Below the pieces are notes generated by a model. The model did no database searches, was not told where the DNA came from, and saw only the letters and a list, made by a program, of their open reading frames with translations. Source: Patescibacteria group bacterium (lineage in GTDB: Bacteria > Patescibacteriota > Microgenomatia > Levybacterales > UBA12049). From it: a stretch of 64,000 nt of DNA. Shown piece after piece: positions 38,523 to 48,729 of this stretch. Within the stretch, counting starts at the first letter, position 1, and every line of letters begins with the position of its first letter. The DNA lies in the NCBI GenBank assembly GCA_038064195.1, contig JBBTTO010000002.1, positions 141,356 through 205,355 on the forward strand, read 5' to 3'. Made by a program: the position numbers and the translations under genes.

Positions 38523-38607
38523 AAAGAACGTGCTACAATAACAGTCGAAAGTCGCAAGCCAGTGGTCTGAAAAACATTCGACCTTCGACTAACGACTTTT
38601 AACTAAA

Positions 38608-40383
38608 ATGGACCAGGTAGCTCAAATCAGAGATAAATTAGATATAGTTGCCCTTCTCTCAGAATATATTACTGTCAAAAAGGGCGGGCGAAATTTTAAA
38701 GCGCTTTGTCCGTTCCACAATGAGAAGTCCCCGTCATTTATGATTTCACCAGAACGGCAGGTCTGGCATTGTTTTGGCTGTGGCAAGGGCGGGGATATCT
38801 ATACCTTCCTTATGGAATACGAGCATATCGAGTTTCCGGAAGCTCTTCGGGTGCTGGCTAAAAAAGCAGGTATTGAATTGGTGCAGACTAAAGCTGAGGC
38901 AGGACTTACGTCTCGTAAAGAGCGGCTGTATGGGCTTAACGCAATAGCCGCTGAGTATTATCACTATATTTTGACCAAGCACAAAGTCGGTGAGCGAGCG
39001 CGCAACTATCTTAAAGGCAGGGGTCTTAATGACAAAGTGATTGAGACATTTCAACTGGGCTTTGCCCCCGGCGTCGGGACGGCGCTTTGTGACTATCTTC
39101 TTAAGAAAAAAAACTATGCCAAAGAGGATTTACTTGAGGCAGGGCTCGCCTTCTCACGAGGGGCGGGGGTAGGAGATTTTTTTCGCGGGAGGCTGATGTT
39201 CCCGCTTATTGATCACCGGGATAATGTGGTCGGCTTTTCCGGTCGGATACTTGATAACGATATCAAGACCTCAAAATATATTAATACCCGCGAGACCTTG
39301 ATCTATCACAAAGGTGAAGGCTTTTATGGTCTTAATGTCACTAAGGACGCGATACGAAAAGCAGGTCAGGCAATACTTGTTGAGGGAGAGTTTGATGTCC
39401 TGACCTCATTTCAGGCAGGAGTCAGCAATCTGGTCGCTGTCAAAGGAACAGCACTCACTGAGATGCAGATTGCACTTATTGCCAGATATGCACCCAAAGT
39501 GAGTATTCTTTTTGACGGGGATCGGGCAGGTCAGGAGGCCATCAAAAGGAGTCTGCCTTTATTTGAGCGTAAAGGGATACAGGCATCGGTCATCCTGCTT
39601 GAAGGAGGCAAAGATCCTGATGAGGCCATCAAAAATAACGAAATAGGCTATAAGCAGGCAGTCAAAAAAGATGTGGCAGTCTATGACTATCTTTTCGATG
39701 CGGCTTTACAGGAAGGAGATAAAGAGACAGCTGAAGGAAAAAAAGCTATAGCGGATGCGTTCCTGCCGGTTGTCGCTTCGATGACAAATGAGATCATTAA
39801 AGAGCATTATCTGCGCAAAATAAGTACAGTTCTTGAGACAAGCTATGAGAGCATTGTCAAAGAGCTGGATCGCAAGCTGCAGCAGGTCAAAACGCTTCAT
39901 GTCAAAGTGCCACCCGTTACTGTCCAGAAGCAGTCGCGTGAGGAGATGCTTGAGGAGTATTTACTCTCACTTATCATGCAGTCAAGCAGCCCAAAGCAGG
40001 CTCTGGATAAAGCTGTCGCGATATTATCCGCAAGTCTGAGTAAAGAAAAAGCTTATCAGAAGCTCATTGATCACCTCATGACGTATTTTGCCGAGCATGA
40101 GGCTTTTGATCAGGCAATTTTTTCACAGCAACTTCCACAAGAACTGCATTTTACCTATAACAAAAGCATGCTCTTCCCCCTTCCCCCTTTTGAGACTGAT
40201 GGACAGTATCAAAAAGAAATTGATAAAGTCGCCAGGCAACTGAAGGATATTTATTTACGCGAGAGATTAAAATCAGTCAGTGAGCAGATTGTCTCGCTTG
40301 AAAAAGATGGCAATGAGTCAGAGGTACTAACGCTTAAAGAAGAGTACGCGGATCTTCTCAAAAACCTCAAAAATCTCCATTAA
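38608..40383 (+). CDS. dnaG: DNA primase
   Basis: CPFH.EKSPSF..CFGC Zn finger; TOPRIM VEG.FD, FDGD.AG. Confidence 0.97.
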   Translation: MDQVAQIRDKLDIVALLSEYITVKKGGRNFKALCPFHNEKSPSFMISPERQVWHCFGCGKGGDIYTFLMEYEHIEFPEALRVLAKKAGIELVQTKAEAGLTSRKERLYGLNAIAAEYYHYILTKHKVGERARNYLKGRGLNDKVIETFQLGFAPGVGTALCDYLLKKKNYAKEDLLEAGLAFSRGAGVGDFFRGRLMFPLIDHRDNVVGFSGRILDNDIKTSKYINTRETLIYHKGEGFYGLNVTKDAIRKAGQAILVEGEFDVLTSFQAGVSNLVAVKGTALTEMQIALIARYAPKVSILFDGDRAGQEAIKRSLPLFERKGIQASVILLEGGKDPDEAIKNNEIGYKQAVKKDVAVYDYLFDAALQEGDKETAEGKKAIADAFLPVVASMTNEIIKEHYLRKISTVLETSYESIVKELDRKLQQVKTLHVKVPPVTVQKQSREEMLEEYLLSLIMQSSSPKQALDKAVAILSASLSKEKAYQKLIDHLMTYFAEHEAFDQAIFSQQLPQELHFTYNKSMLFPLPPFETDGQYQKEIDKVARQLKDIYLRERLKSVSEQIVSLEKDGNESEVLTLKEEYADLLKNLKNLH

Positions 40384-40465
40384 CAGATAGCAATTTGCTC
40401 TAAAATATGCTACTATCTAGGTCAATAAGCCCGGAGGGACCGTGGGCTTTCTTTGGTTGGAGAAT

Positions 40466-41551
40466 ATGAATAAGACAAAAACACATAACATCCTTGATGA
40501 TGTCGTAACTTCGGCAAAAAAGCGTGGGTATATCACTCAGGAGGAGATCTTAGGGATTTACGCTAAGCCTGAAGATCATATCTTAGATCTCGACTCCCTC
40601 TATGACCGCTTGATGAAGCTTGATATTGATGTTTTTGAGAGTGTTTCACAGGAGCAGGATGCGCAAAAGCCGATTGAGGATTTGGAGAAAGAGCTAGAGG
40701 CTCTCACCATCATGACTGAAGGGACAGTTTCTGATCCCGTCCGCATGTACTTAAAAGAAATCGGTCGTATCCCCCTCCTTACCTTCAATCAGGAAATCGA
40801 ACTGGCCAAAAAAGTTGAAAAAAGTGATGACGCTGCCAAGCAAATGCTGATCAACTCCAATTTGCGCTTAGTTGTCTCTATCGCCAAAAAATATATCGGT
40901 CGTGGGCTATCCTTACTTGATCTGATCCAAGAAGGCAACCAGGGTCTCATCCGTGCCGTTGAAAAATACGACTGGAGACGGGGTTATAAATTCTCAACCT
41001 ATGCTACCTGGTGGATTAGGCAATCCGTAACGCGTGCTATCGCTGACCAGGCACGTACGATCCGTATTCCTGTCCACATGGTTGAGAATATTAATCGCTT
41101 TCTCCGCGCATCGCGTAAACTCATGCAGGAGCTTGGGCGTGAGCCTACCCCTGAGGAAGTAGCGGCAGTCTTAGGTATTGAGCCTGAGAAAGCTTTAGAG
41201 ATCATCAAGATCTCCCAAAATCCTGCTTCACTTGAGGCACCGGTTGGAGATGAGGAAGACTCAAGGCTCGGAGATTTTATCTCTGATTCATCAGCCCCGA
41301 CACTTTTTGACTCTGCCTCGCGTGAGTTACTCAAAGAGCAAGTCGATCAGGTACTGGGGACACTCTCAGATCGTGAACGACGCGTCTTAGAAGAACGATT
41401 TGGTCTCAAAGACGGTAGACCTAAGACACTTGAGGAAGTAGGACGTATGTTTGCTGTTACCCGTGAGCGTATCCGACAGATTGAAGCTAAGGCTCTCAGA
41501 AAATTACGACATCCATCACGAGGTAATAAGTTAAAAGATTATCTGGGTTAA
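40466..41551 (+). CDS. rpoD: RNA polymerase primary sigma factor
   Basis: [42 protein letters not shown]. Confidence 0.97.
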   Translation: MNKTKTHNILDDVVTSAKKRGYITQEEILGIYAKPEDHILDLDSLYDRLMKLDIDVFESVSQEQDAQKPIEDLEKELEALTIMTEGTVSDPVRMYLKEIGRIPLLTFNQEIELAKKVEKSDDAAKQMLINSNLRLVVSIAKKYIGRGLSLLDLIQEGNQGLIRAVEKYDWRRGYKFSTYATWWIRQSVTRAIADQARTIRIPVHMVENINRFLRASRKLMQELGREPTPEEVAAVLGIEPEKALEIIKISQNPASLEAPVGDEEDSRLGDFISDSSAPTLFDSASRELLKEQVDQVLGTLSDRERRVLEERFGLKDGRPKTLEEVGRMFAVTRERIRQIEAKALRKLRHPSRGNKLKDYLG

Positions 41552-42165
41552 GCCTTCTTTTTATAAAAAACTAATAACGCATAAGGGGTGAGAGAGACTA
41601 TGTTAACTATGGCTGAGAGGATGAATAACAGCCGGAAGCCATAACTTTCCGCGATAAATCCACCTAGTGCTGCGGCTAAGGCTATAGCGATAAAAGCCGT
41701 CGCATCCGCCAGTCCCCACTCCACAGTTGCTTTCTCTTTATCCAAATGCTCAGAAAAAAGTGCCCCCTTAGGTGGCGAGGCGATACCAAAGCCGATTCCT
41801 GCAACCGCATAAAAGATAAAGAGATGCATGATCGTGAAGGACATGGCAAAGCCAACATAGGCTATTGTCATGAGTGAAATTCCCAGCATCGTAAACATAA
41901 GTAACTTACGATCAGAGCCTTTGGTCGCGATACGGGCGATGATCAGCTCGGTGATGACACGCACGATGAGGTGAACACTGTAAGCTGAGGCGGCAATTTG
42001 GATCTGCCCGCCTGCGATGTTAGTCGTGGCAAAGATGGCAAAAATAGGGGCAACGAAGTTCCAGGCCGCCCAGAGGAAACTCTCTGAGACGATAAAAGCT
42101 TTGACGATAGGATTGATATGAAAGCTCGATGGAGCTTTACCTAGGAATACTTCTCTGATCATCAT
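41548..42165 (-). CDS. Half-size (6-TM) MFS-like transporter
   Basis: Six hydrophobic segments, GG.IA..YGF. Confidence 0.7.
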   Translation of the reverse strand: MMIREVFLGKAPSSFHINPIVKAFIVSESFLWAAWNFVAPIFAIFATTNIAGGQIQIAASAYSVHLIVRVITELIIARIATKGSDRKLLMFTMLGISLMTIAYVGFAMSFTIMHLFIFYAVAGIGFGIASPPKGALFSEHLDKEKATVEWGLADATAFIAIALAAALGGFIAESYGFRLLFILSAIVNIVSLTPYALLVFYKKKA

Positions 42166-42212
42166 TTTAGTCTAGCACAACAGCTAGAAAAGAGAAGTAG
42201 TTTTTGTTAAAG

Positions 42213-42542
42213 TTATTCTTTGGGTTGAGGAGTCTGCTCTTCACGTTGTGATCTGTCTGGATACTTCCATGTCTCCGTTATGCCCACAACTTTACCTGCT
42301 TCATCACGCTCTTCTGCATAAATAACTCTTCCAACATAGTGTGCATCATCTCTCCAGTCAGGTCGCAGGCCTGGAGTTGTCGGTAATCTATCATCATTAT
42401 CCTGGTTCACACCACCATACAGCCAACGCTCTAGTTCTCTATTGGCTGCATAGACATCAGGTCCGTCGGCCGTTCCTGTGGTAGTATCCTCGGTTGGGGC
42501 TATATCTTCAGGAGAAATGCCGTGTGGTTCTCTTTCTGCCAT
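42213..42542 (-). CDS. Hypothetical acidic protein
   Basis: ORF only. Confidence 0.5.
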   Translation of the reverse strand: MAEREPHGISPEDIAPTEDTTTGTADGPDVYAANRELERWLYGGVNQDNDDRLPTTPGLRPDWRDDAHYVGRVIYAEERDEAGKVVGITETWKYPDRSQREEQTPQPKE

Positions 42543-42658
42543 ACCATTTTTTAACATATTTCAACACCTAAAGCAACAATTATTTATATGTTCAGAATTG
42601 ACCTATGTGACTATGGATTTTTAGATAGGCTGATGCTAGAATATGCAGACGTTTCCAT

Positions 42659-42733
42659 TCCCCTGTAGCTCAATGGTAGAGCAGGAAGCTGTTAACTTCA
42701 AGGTTCGAGGTTCGAATCCTCGCGGGGGAGCCA
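42659..42733 (+). tRNA. tRNA-Asn(GTT), CCA encoded
   Basis: TCCCCTG/CGGGGGA acceptor, loop CT-GTT-AA, GGTTCGAATCC. Confidence 0.95.
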
Positions 42734-42779
42734 GGTACAAAATTAGTATACGTGAGATGTTCTTATTATAACCTCGAAA

Positions 42780-43370
42780 GTGTCTAAAAAACTGAATATA
42801 ATTAAAACGGATAAACCTTTCTGGTTTTTCACTGACCAAGCAGATGAAGACTATATTTCCGCTAGACTTCTTTCATGCTGTGGTAATACTTTATGGCATG
42901 TCGCCGCTTACCATTCCCACCAAGCAGTTGAAAAATACATTAAATCGTATTTAGTTCAAGAGAAAAAAGAATATCCCGATACACATAATTTAAAAGCGAT
43001 CGGTAAACTGGCTGAAGAACTTAACGCAATTTTCAAAGAAGAAAAGACAAAGCAGCAATTAGAACTATTTGATCAATTCGAACAAGTATCGAGATATGGA
43101 GGATTCGCGAAATATGACCCGTCTTCTGTGCGGACTCAAAACTATACAATTGTAGGTGGCTTTGCATGGACTGATAGCAACATTAGACAATTAGATGAAT
43201 TAGTTTTTAATATACGAGGCTTATTAGATTTTTCATCTAAACCAACGCTTGATAACCTTAAGAGCGTTTTGAATGAAGACAGTAAGATCGGATTTGTTTC
43301 TGACTGGAAACTCCCAACTTTATCAATAAAACAGGTTCTTACCCAAGATAACCAATACTTTAAGAGGTAG
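42780..43370 (+). CDS. HEPN-domain protein
   Basis: A.EDY..A, YHSHQAVEKYIK, THNL, SRY; AT-rich. Confidence 0.8.
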   Translation: MSKKLNIIKTDKPFWFFTDQADEDYISARLLSCCGNTLWHVAAYHSHQAVEKYIKSYLVQEKKEYPDTHNLKAIGKLAEELNAIFKEEKTKQQLELFDQFEQVSRYGGFAKYDPSSVRTQNYTIVGGFAWTDSNIRQLDELVFNIRGLLDFSSKPTLDNLKSVLNEDSKIGFVSDWKLPTLSIKQVLTQDNQYFKR

Positions 43371-43419
43371 TATTGTTTTGAGAGCCCTTTTAGAACAGCC
43401 CGAGTTAAATTTTAAAATC

Positions 43420-44202
43420 ATGTGGACACTTAAAACTGAAAGAGCTAAAGAACATAAAGAAGAACTATTAAAAGAGATAAAAGCTTTCTTTGACTCTAAA
43501 CCATACACGATAGGAACAAAAACTGATCCTCAAACAAAACGTCTTATTTATTATGTTGCCAAAGCTGAAAAAGTACCCGATAAGATAGCGTTAATAACTG
43601 GTGATATTATCCAAAATCTTCGAAGTACATTAGACCACTTAATCTATCAACTTTTTATAGTTAATTCTAAAGACGCAAAATCCGCTAGCCATCTTTATTT
43701 TCCCATATTGGAAAACCTTGCGATGTACGAAAAAGAAAAAGGAAGAAAAACCAAGGGAATTTCTCAATCAGCCTTAAATTTAATAGATAAAGCGAAACCT
43801 TATAAAGGAGGGAACGATATTCTATGGGAAATTCACGAGCTCAACAATATCGACAAACATCGTCTATTAGTCACAGTAGGTTCTTCCTTTGGAAGCGTAG
43901 ATATTGGTGCTCACATGCAAGAATTAATGAAGACTTCATTTCCCAATTTTGACATGCCTGAAATGCCCGTATTTATAAAACCCGCAGACATACTGTTTCC
44001 ACTTAAGTATGGTGATGAGTTATTTATTGATGCCCCTGACGCTAAACCGATTTCAAATATGAAGTTTAGATTTAATTTAGTTTTAAATGAACCAGGAATT
44101 GTTGAAGGAAAGCCAATTACTGGCCTGGTCCAATCAATGATTGCTGAGGTAGAGAATCTAATAACTATTTTTGATGAAGAAACAAAAGGAAGTAATCATT
44201 AA
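43420..44202 (+). CDS. Uncharacterized protein, possible HEPN-like helical fold
   Basis: K.ERA.EH, NLRSTLDHL, LNNIDKHR; AT-rich. Confidence 0.7.
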   Translation: MWTLKTERAKEHKEELLKEIKAFFDSKPYTIGTKTDPQTKRLIYYVAKAEKVPDKIALITGDIIQNLRSTLDHLIYQLFIVNSKDAKSASHLYFPILENLAMYEKEKGRKTKGISQSALNLIDKAKPYKGGNDILWEIHELNNIDKHRLLVTVGSSFGSVDIGAHMQELMKTSFPNFDMPEMPVFIKPADILFPLKYGDELFIDAPDAKPISNMKFRFNLVLNEPGIVEGKPITGLVQSMIAEVENLITIFDEETKGSNH

Positions 44203-44327
44203 ACACCAATTTGTAGTTTCTTAATCTCCTTCCACCTCATCTTCAATAACTCAACTTGAACTAAATCTTCAGAGGCTTTCAAAATCGTTGAAATTGTAAT
44301 CCTTAGTCTTCGGGAGTCTGGGAGCCA
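44199..44327 (-). repeat. att-like unit 1 (intact frame WLPDSRR...RWKEIKKLQIGV*)
   Basis: Manual translation; begins at copy of tRNA 3' end GGGAGCCA. Confidence 0.75.
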
Positions 44328-44416
44328 AGGTTGATTACTCCCTGGGGCGAAATATGTGATTTGACTTTTCTGCCTAGCTTTGTCAAACTATTTTTAAAGG
44401 AGGTGATTTTATAAAT

Positions 44417-44605
44417 ATGAATGCAATGTTTAAAGAATGCATGAGACCGCACGCACTTGTTCACATGGTATCAGGGGCTGCTATTGCTTTCTTGCTCTTA
44501 TACTTTGTTCCAAGCTTAACAGCTAATCTTTTAGTGCTTGGTGTCATATTATTTGTCACTGCTTTTATTTTGGAATTTTTTGTTAATCCAGCACGAAAAA
44601 AATAA
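44417..44605 (+). CDS. Small 2-TM membrane protein
   Basis: 62 aa, strong AAGGAGGTGA RBS. Confidence 0.75.
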   Translation: MNAMFKECMRPHALVHMVSGAAIAFLLLYFVPSLTANLLVLGVILFVTAFILEFFVNPARKK

Positions 44606-44657
44606 TTCAAGAGGCGATTGATTTGCTCGCCCCGAATCTCGGAGCGCAGTCAAATTG

Positions 44658-45419
44658 TTATTTACAATAATCACTATTTTTGCCGCTTTGGGAGTCAGAT
44701 GACGGCAGAGACAATACTTTAGCTTTGTCCTTTGGAGAAATCCAATAGAACCAACAAACAGCATACTGCTCAATTTCATGAGGATGGTTGGCAGCCCAGG
44801 CAGGATCTTTTGAAGACTCGTTTTTTTGTCGATAATCGTATACTCCCCAGTCTAGAAAAGTATTTGTTCCATTTTTACTCGTGCCATCTTTTGTCAAACC
44901 CACAGCCGTAGCAATCACCTCTCCTTGTTTGATTTCAATTGGTGGATAAACTTGCGTGGTTCTTGAATCCAGACCTTTTGGCATAGGAAACTTGTTGGCA
45001 ATTTCCTGAAATTTGGGTGAGAGAGTTAGCAAATGTCCGAGACGGTAACGAACTCCGCAGGGATGCTCAAAATCAAAGGTGTACTGGATGTCTCCCGTAT
45101 TGGCCGGATACCTTGCCCCCGCTATAACCCTGGCATCAATAGGAGCTGTGACTAAAATGTCACCAGGAAGAGAATTTTCAAACCTGAAACCGCCATGAGC
45201 CTTGTAATCCCCGCCTCGTATTTGTCCAGGGTAAAGAACGGAAGTTGCCTTATTAATATCGATAGGCAGGGGAAAAATAAAAGGGTTAGGACATTGCTCA
45301 TGAGACTTTGTTATTTCTTCGATCTCTCTCATCGGCAATATCTTTTCCGGATCGCGAATCAGCGCAGAGATTACAAATATGACAAACCCAACTAAAACAA
45401 TAAGTAGGATTTTTTTCAT
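44658..45419 (-). CDS. Secreted protein, remote M23-peptidase-like
   Basis: Signal anchor, HGG, V.AP.D, GHL, GE.IA; likely start ATG 45419. Confidence 0.55.
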   Translation of the reverse strand: MKKILLIVLVGFVIFVISALIRDPEKILPMREIEEITKSHEQCPNPFIFPLPIDINKATSVLYPGQIRGGDYKAHGGFRFENSLPGDILVTAPIDARVIAGARYPANTGDIQYTFDFEHPCGVRYRLGHLLTLSPKFQEIANKFPMPKGLDSRTTQVYPPIEIKQGEVIATAVGLTKDGTSKNGTNTFLDWGVYDYRQKNESSKDPAWAANHPHEIEQYAVCWFYWISPKDKAKVLSLPSSDSQSGKNSDYCK

Positions 45420-45466
45420 TACTTTAAATGTATCACAGTGTACGCATTTTAGCAGGAGTCCTCCAC

Positions 45467-45653
45467 TCAAAGCTTTTTTATCTCTTTCCAACGTTGCCTC
45501 AATTCTCCGATCTGCCTGCTCATTCGAGTCTGAGCCTGAAGGCTCATCCCTCAGAGTCGAAGACCGGAAAGGAAGGTATAGCTAGCGTTCTCAAAAGACT
45601 TTGAATATTGCGTCAAAACTTTGCTGTATGCTGTCCTCAGGCGCGGAGAGCAA
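45467..45653 (-). repeat. att-like unit 2, interrupted by a palindromic insertion (45511-45565)
   Basis: LLSAPEDSIQQSFDAIFKVF/ENASYT + IGELRQRWKEIKKL*. Confidence 0.75.
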
Positions 45654-45703
45654 ATTGACCCATAAAGTCTTTTAATATAACCAAGTATCGTTATTTGAAA
45701 TAA

Positions 45704-46558
45704 TCAGGTGGTGTAGAGGAAGCCAAGAAGGTTCAGGTACCACGGCTTATCAACTGTGATTATCGATCCGTTTTGAGCATTTATCTTGGTTTCAACGTTT
45801 GCCGTAACTGGTATCAAGCCAATAAACTTTCTGTCTTGTATTCCTGTTACTTCATAGTATGCTTGTCCGGCTTGAGCACCTAAGACTGCGGATTGAATAG
45901 TTGTTGGCTTATCTGCCGCGTCTATTCCGCTTAGCGCTTGAGAGGGAAGCGTATTGATAATTGTTACGCCGCTTGGAGTACGGATAGCAATAGTTTGAGT
46001 TTTTGGATCAATAACCACGGGATACTGTGTCTGAACACTGATGCCATTATTAAGCAGCGTTACTGTGCCGTCTTTATTTACGCTAATAGAAACAGTTCCG
46101 GCCTGGCTATTTTGGACGCTGATAAGAGAAGCTGTTGAAGACGGAATTGTCTTTTCACTTGAAGGACCATTTGTTCTCTCGATCTTTAACGTTCCTTCCC
46201 CGCTTTTTTCTGAGGTCGGATGAACTTCTACTCTTTCTACATTTCCTTGTTCCACTTCATTTTCAATTTCATCGTGAATATCTTCTGCTTCCTGTTCTTC
46301 TGCCTCTGTTGGTTCTTCTGCCTCTGGTGCTTCTGTTGGCTCTGGCGCCTCTACCTCTTCTGTCTCTTCTTGTTCTTCAGAAGCTTCTGATTCTTCACCA
46401 AGCACTGTTTGGTTATGCGTAGCTTCTCCAAGGACATTCGTTGCTTGTTGATTTCGATATGCTACTCCAAGAACAAGAAGGGAAATGATAAATACAGGAA
46501 GAAGGTATTTCAAGTTTGTGTTTGTATCACTTTTAACTTTTTTAAAACGTTTTTTCAT
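45704..46558 (-). CDS. Membrane-anchored protein with Glu-rich linker
   Basis: TM, EEPTEAEE repeats, K..GLIPV...PW C-terminus. Confidence 0.7.
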   Translation of the reverse strand: MKKRFKKVKSDTNTNLKYLLPVFIISLLVLGVAYRNQQATNVLGEATHNQTVLGEESEASEEQEETEEVEAPEPTEAPEAEEPTEAEEQEAEDIHDEIENEVEQGNVERVEVHPTSEKSGEGTLKIERTNGPSSEKTIPSSTASLISVQNSQAGTVSISVNKDGTVTLLNNGISVQTQYPVVIDPKTQTIAIRTPSGVTIINTLPSQALSGIDAADKPTTIQSAVLGAQAGQAYYEVTGIQDRKFIGLIPVTANVETKINAQNGSIITVDKPWYLNLLGFLYTT

Positions 46559-46611
46559 AAAGGCAGTTGTAGTAATTATTCCTCTATTTAGCGTAGTTGA
46601 GTTTTTGTTAC

Positions 46612-46711
46612 ATGTCAACCGCTCTCTCTGCTCAAAATATCGGACACGCTGAAGAGCATAAGATATTGCCTCGAAATAGAGGTTTACATTAGTTCAAGAC
46701 TCGGGGAGCAA
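46612..46711 (-). repeat. att-like unit 3 (degraded)
   Basis: LLPES*...FEAISYALQRVRYFEQRERL; core CGGGGAGCA. Confidence 0.65.
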
Positions 46712-46775
46712 CACTTTTTAGCCTCAATCTTTTAGTACCCGACTTGACATCCGACCCTTTGATATAATTCGAAGC

Positions 46776-47117
46776 ATGACAGCAGATATTTCTATTGGTT
46801 TTGCTTCTAATTTAGTTCCACTGGTTTTAGATGGATCTAAAACCCTCACTTACCGAATTGGGGATAAATATGATTTTCTCAAAGTAGGAGATGAAATAGA
46901 CGTGAGAGACAGCTCTAATGATAATGTTTTTGCAAAGGTGAGAATTATTGAAAAAGATTACACAACTTTTTCTAACTTACCGATAAATAGAGCGGGACAT
47001 GAGGTATATTCGTCCAAGCAAGTACAGCGTGATACTTTTAAAAAATACTATGGTCAGGTAAAGGACGAGGAGAAAATACTCATTTTAGGTTTCTCAGTTA
47101 TAAAGAAGTATTCATAA
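46776..47117 (+). CDS. ASCH/PUA-like domain protein
   Basis: GSKT.T.R, GD motif. Confidence 0.8.
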   Translation: MTADISIGFASNLVPLVLDGSKTLTYRIGDKYDFLKVGDEIDVRDSSNDNVFAKVRIIEKDYTTFSNLPINRAGHEVYSSKQVQRDTFKKYYGQVKDEEKILILGFSVIKKYS

Positions 47118-47220
47118 GATGGGTTATCGTTTGTTCCATCAGGTGGAGCCAGGTTTAAAACTATGGTCCTAGAACTTCTTAATATAACTACCCCATTTCA
47201 TTTCATGATATAATTAATTT

Positions 47221-48048
47221 ATGGATAAAAATGTAAATCCAAACAAAGCGTTGTGGGAGAAGGGGGACTTTACCGAGATTGCCGTCTTTATGCGTCAATC
47301 CGGAGAGGAGCTCGTTAAGTCTCTCGGGATAACCCCACAGATGCGGATTTTGGACCTCGGCTGCGGAGATGGCACGACCGCGATTCCTCTGGCCCAGTTG
47401 GGTGCAGAGGTTGTCGGAATCGATATCGCCCAAAACCTCGTTGACGCAGGGAACAAACGGGCGGCGGAGATGGGTCTTGCCAAACTCACATTTCAAGAGG
47501 GAGACGCATGTAATTTGCAAGGAGTCCCGGACCACTTATTTGATTTGACGATCACAATCTTTGGCGCTATGTTTGCTCCCAAGCCCTTCGACGTAGCAAA
47601 GGAAATGGTCCGTGTCACCAAACCGGGTGGTCGTATCGTGATGGGTAACTGGATCCCAAATGATCCGACCTCATTTGTCTCACAGCTTTTAAAGATAAGC
47701 GCAGCGTTTACACCTCCCCCACCTGAGGGCTTTATCAGTCCAATGATGTGGGGCGTGGAAGATCAGATCATCGAGCGTTTTGCTCAGGCCGGAGTAGCCA
47801 AAGATAAAATATCTATGGTCAAGGATATGTACTCTTTCATATCGCCTGACAAAAGCCCAGAGCAGTTTATTGATTCTTTAGAACGATTCTACGGGCCGAC
47901 AATGAACGCTGTTGATGCCGCTCAAAAGAGCGGAAAAATGAATGATCTTCACAGTCAACTTTTGGAATTAGCAGAAGCGCAAAACAGGAGCACTGACGGT
48001 AGTACTTCAATACCTGCTACTTTCCTGCGAGTTACTGTTAACCTCTGA
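47221..48048 (+). CDS. Class I SAM-dependent methyltransferase
   Basis: LDLGCGDG, GDA, FGAMFAP, RVTKPGG; higher GC than neighbours. Confidence 0.9.
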   Translation: MDKNVNPNKALWEKGDFTEIAVFMRQSGEELVKSLGITPQMRILDLGCGDGTTAIPLAQLGAEVVGIDIAQNLVDAGNKRAAEMGLAKLTFQEGDACNLQGVPDHLFDLTITIFGAMFAPKPFDVAKEMVRVTKPGGRIVMGNWIPNDPTSFVSQLLKISAAFTPPPPEGFISPMMWGVEDQIIERFAQAGVAKDKISMVKDMYSFISPDKSPEQFIDSLERFYGPTMNAVDAAQKSGKMNDLHSQLLELAEAQNRSTDGSTSIPATFLRVTVNL

Positions 48049-48180
48049 GCTCATGCCCGCCGGTCTCTTACGCGCCAAAGCTTCAGCGACGAGCGCAGGC
48101 AGGTGTAACTGACTTTCTCAAAGATCTTGATGATTGCCTCAAAATCCTGGCTGTGTACTATTATCAGGTGCGGGGAGCAT
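48045..48180 (-). repeat. att-like unit 4, interrupted by a palindromic insertion (48054-48103)
   Basis: MLPAPDNSTQP/FEAIIKIFEKVSYT; clear nucleotide similarity to unit 2. Confidence 0.75.
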
Positions 48181-48356
48181 TTCTATTAGGGTTGACAACG
48201 CAGACTAACAGGAGTATAGGTAAGTTATGAGAAAGGCAGAATTTTCATGTTCTCTTCTTGTGCTTCCTCTTTTCCTTTTGTTTCCCCCTCACCACGTATT
48301 CAAACTTACAAAAAAAAACACTCAAGCAAACTTTTGATGAAAGGAGGTGAAAAAAC

Positions 48357-48641
48357 ATGAATGTTAGAAGAATTTTAGCAGGAGCAGTTGCCAGCGCAGT
48401 TATGTTTTCGGCTATGGCAGTACCAGCATTTGGAGCTAATCCAGGATACGGGGAACAACCAGGTTACGCCAAAGCATCAGCTTGTGGACAAGTCCATGGC
48501 TCTTTCTCATATTTTGACGGCGATACAAATCTCGGAGTTAAAAGTCTTGGACCAGGAACTCCGGTGTACCACGGTGGCGCAGTCGGACAAGAACCAGGAG
48601 CGACAGGTTACAATAATTCTAATACCGATTGTCAGGAGTAA
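48357..48641 (+). CDS. Small secreted Gly-rich protein
   Basis: AAGGAGGTGA RBS, signal peptide ending PAFG/A. Confidence 0.75.
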   Translation: MNVRRILAGAVASAVMFSAMAVPAFGANPGYGEQPGYAKASACGQVHGSFSYFDGDTNLGVKSLGPGTPVYHGGAVGQEPGATGYNNSNTDCQE

Positions 48642-48729
48642 AAAAAACTTTCAGAATAAATTTGTTCTGAGAGACAACAACTCATTGGAGAAATCCAGTG
48701 GGTTGTTTTATGAGAAAGCTATATTTTGT

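Noticed and set aside
42636-42839. 67-aa ORF antisense to tRNA-Asn
   Set aside because: Shadow ORF overlapping the tRNA and the HEPN gene.
44620-44657. Possible additional att core (CGGAGCGC...CAAATTG)
   Set aside because: Weak similarity only, and no recombinase-tail remnant beside it; may just be a terminator-like hairpin.
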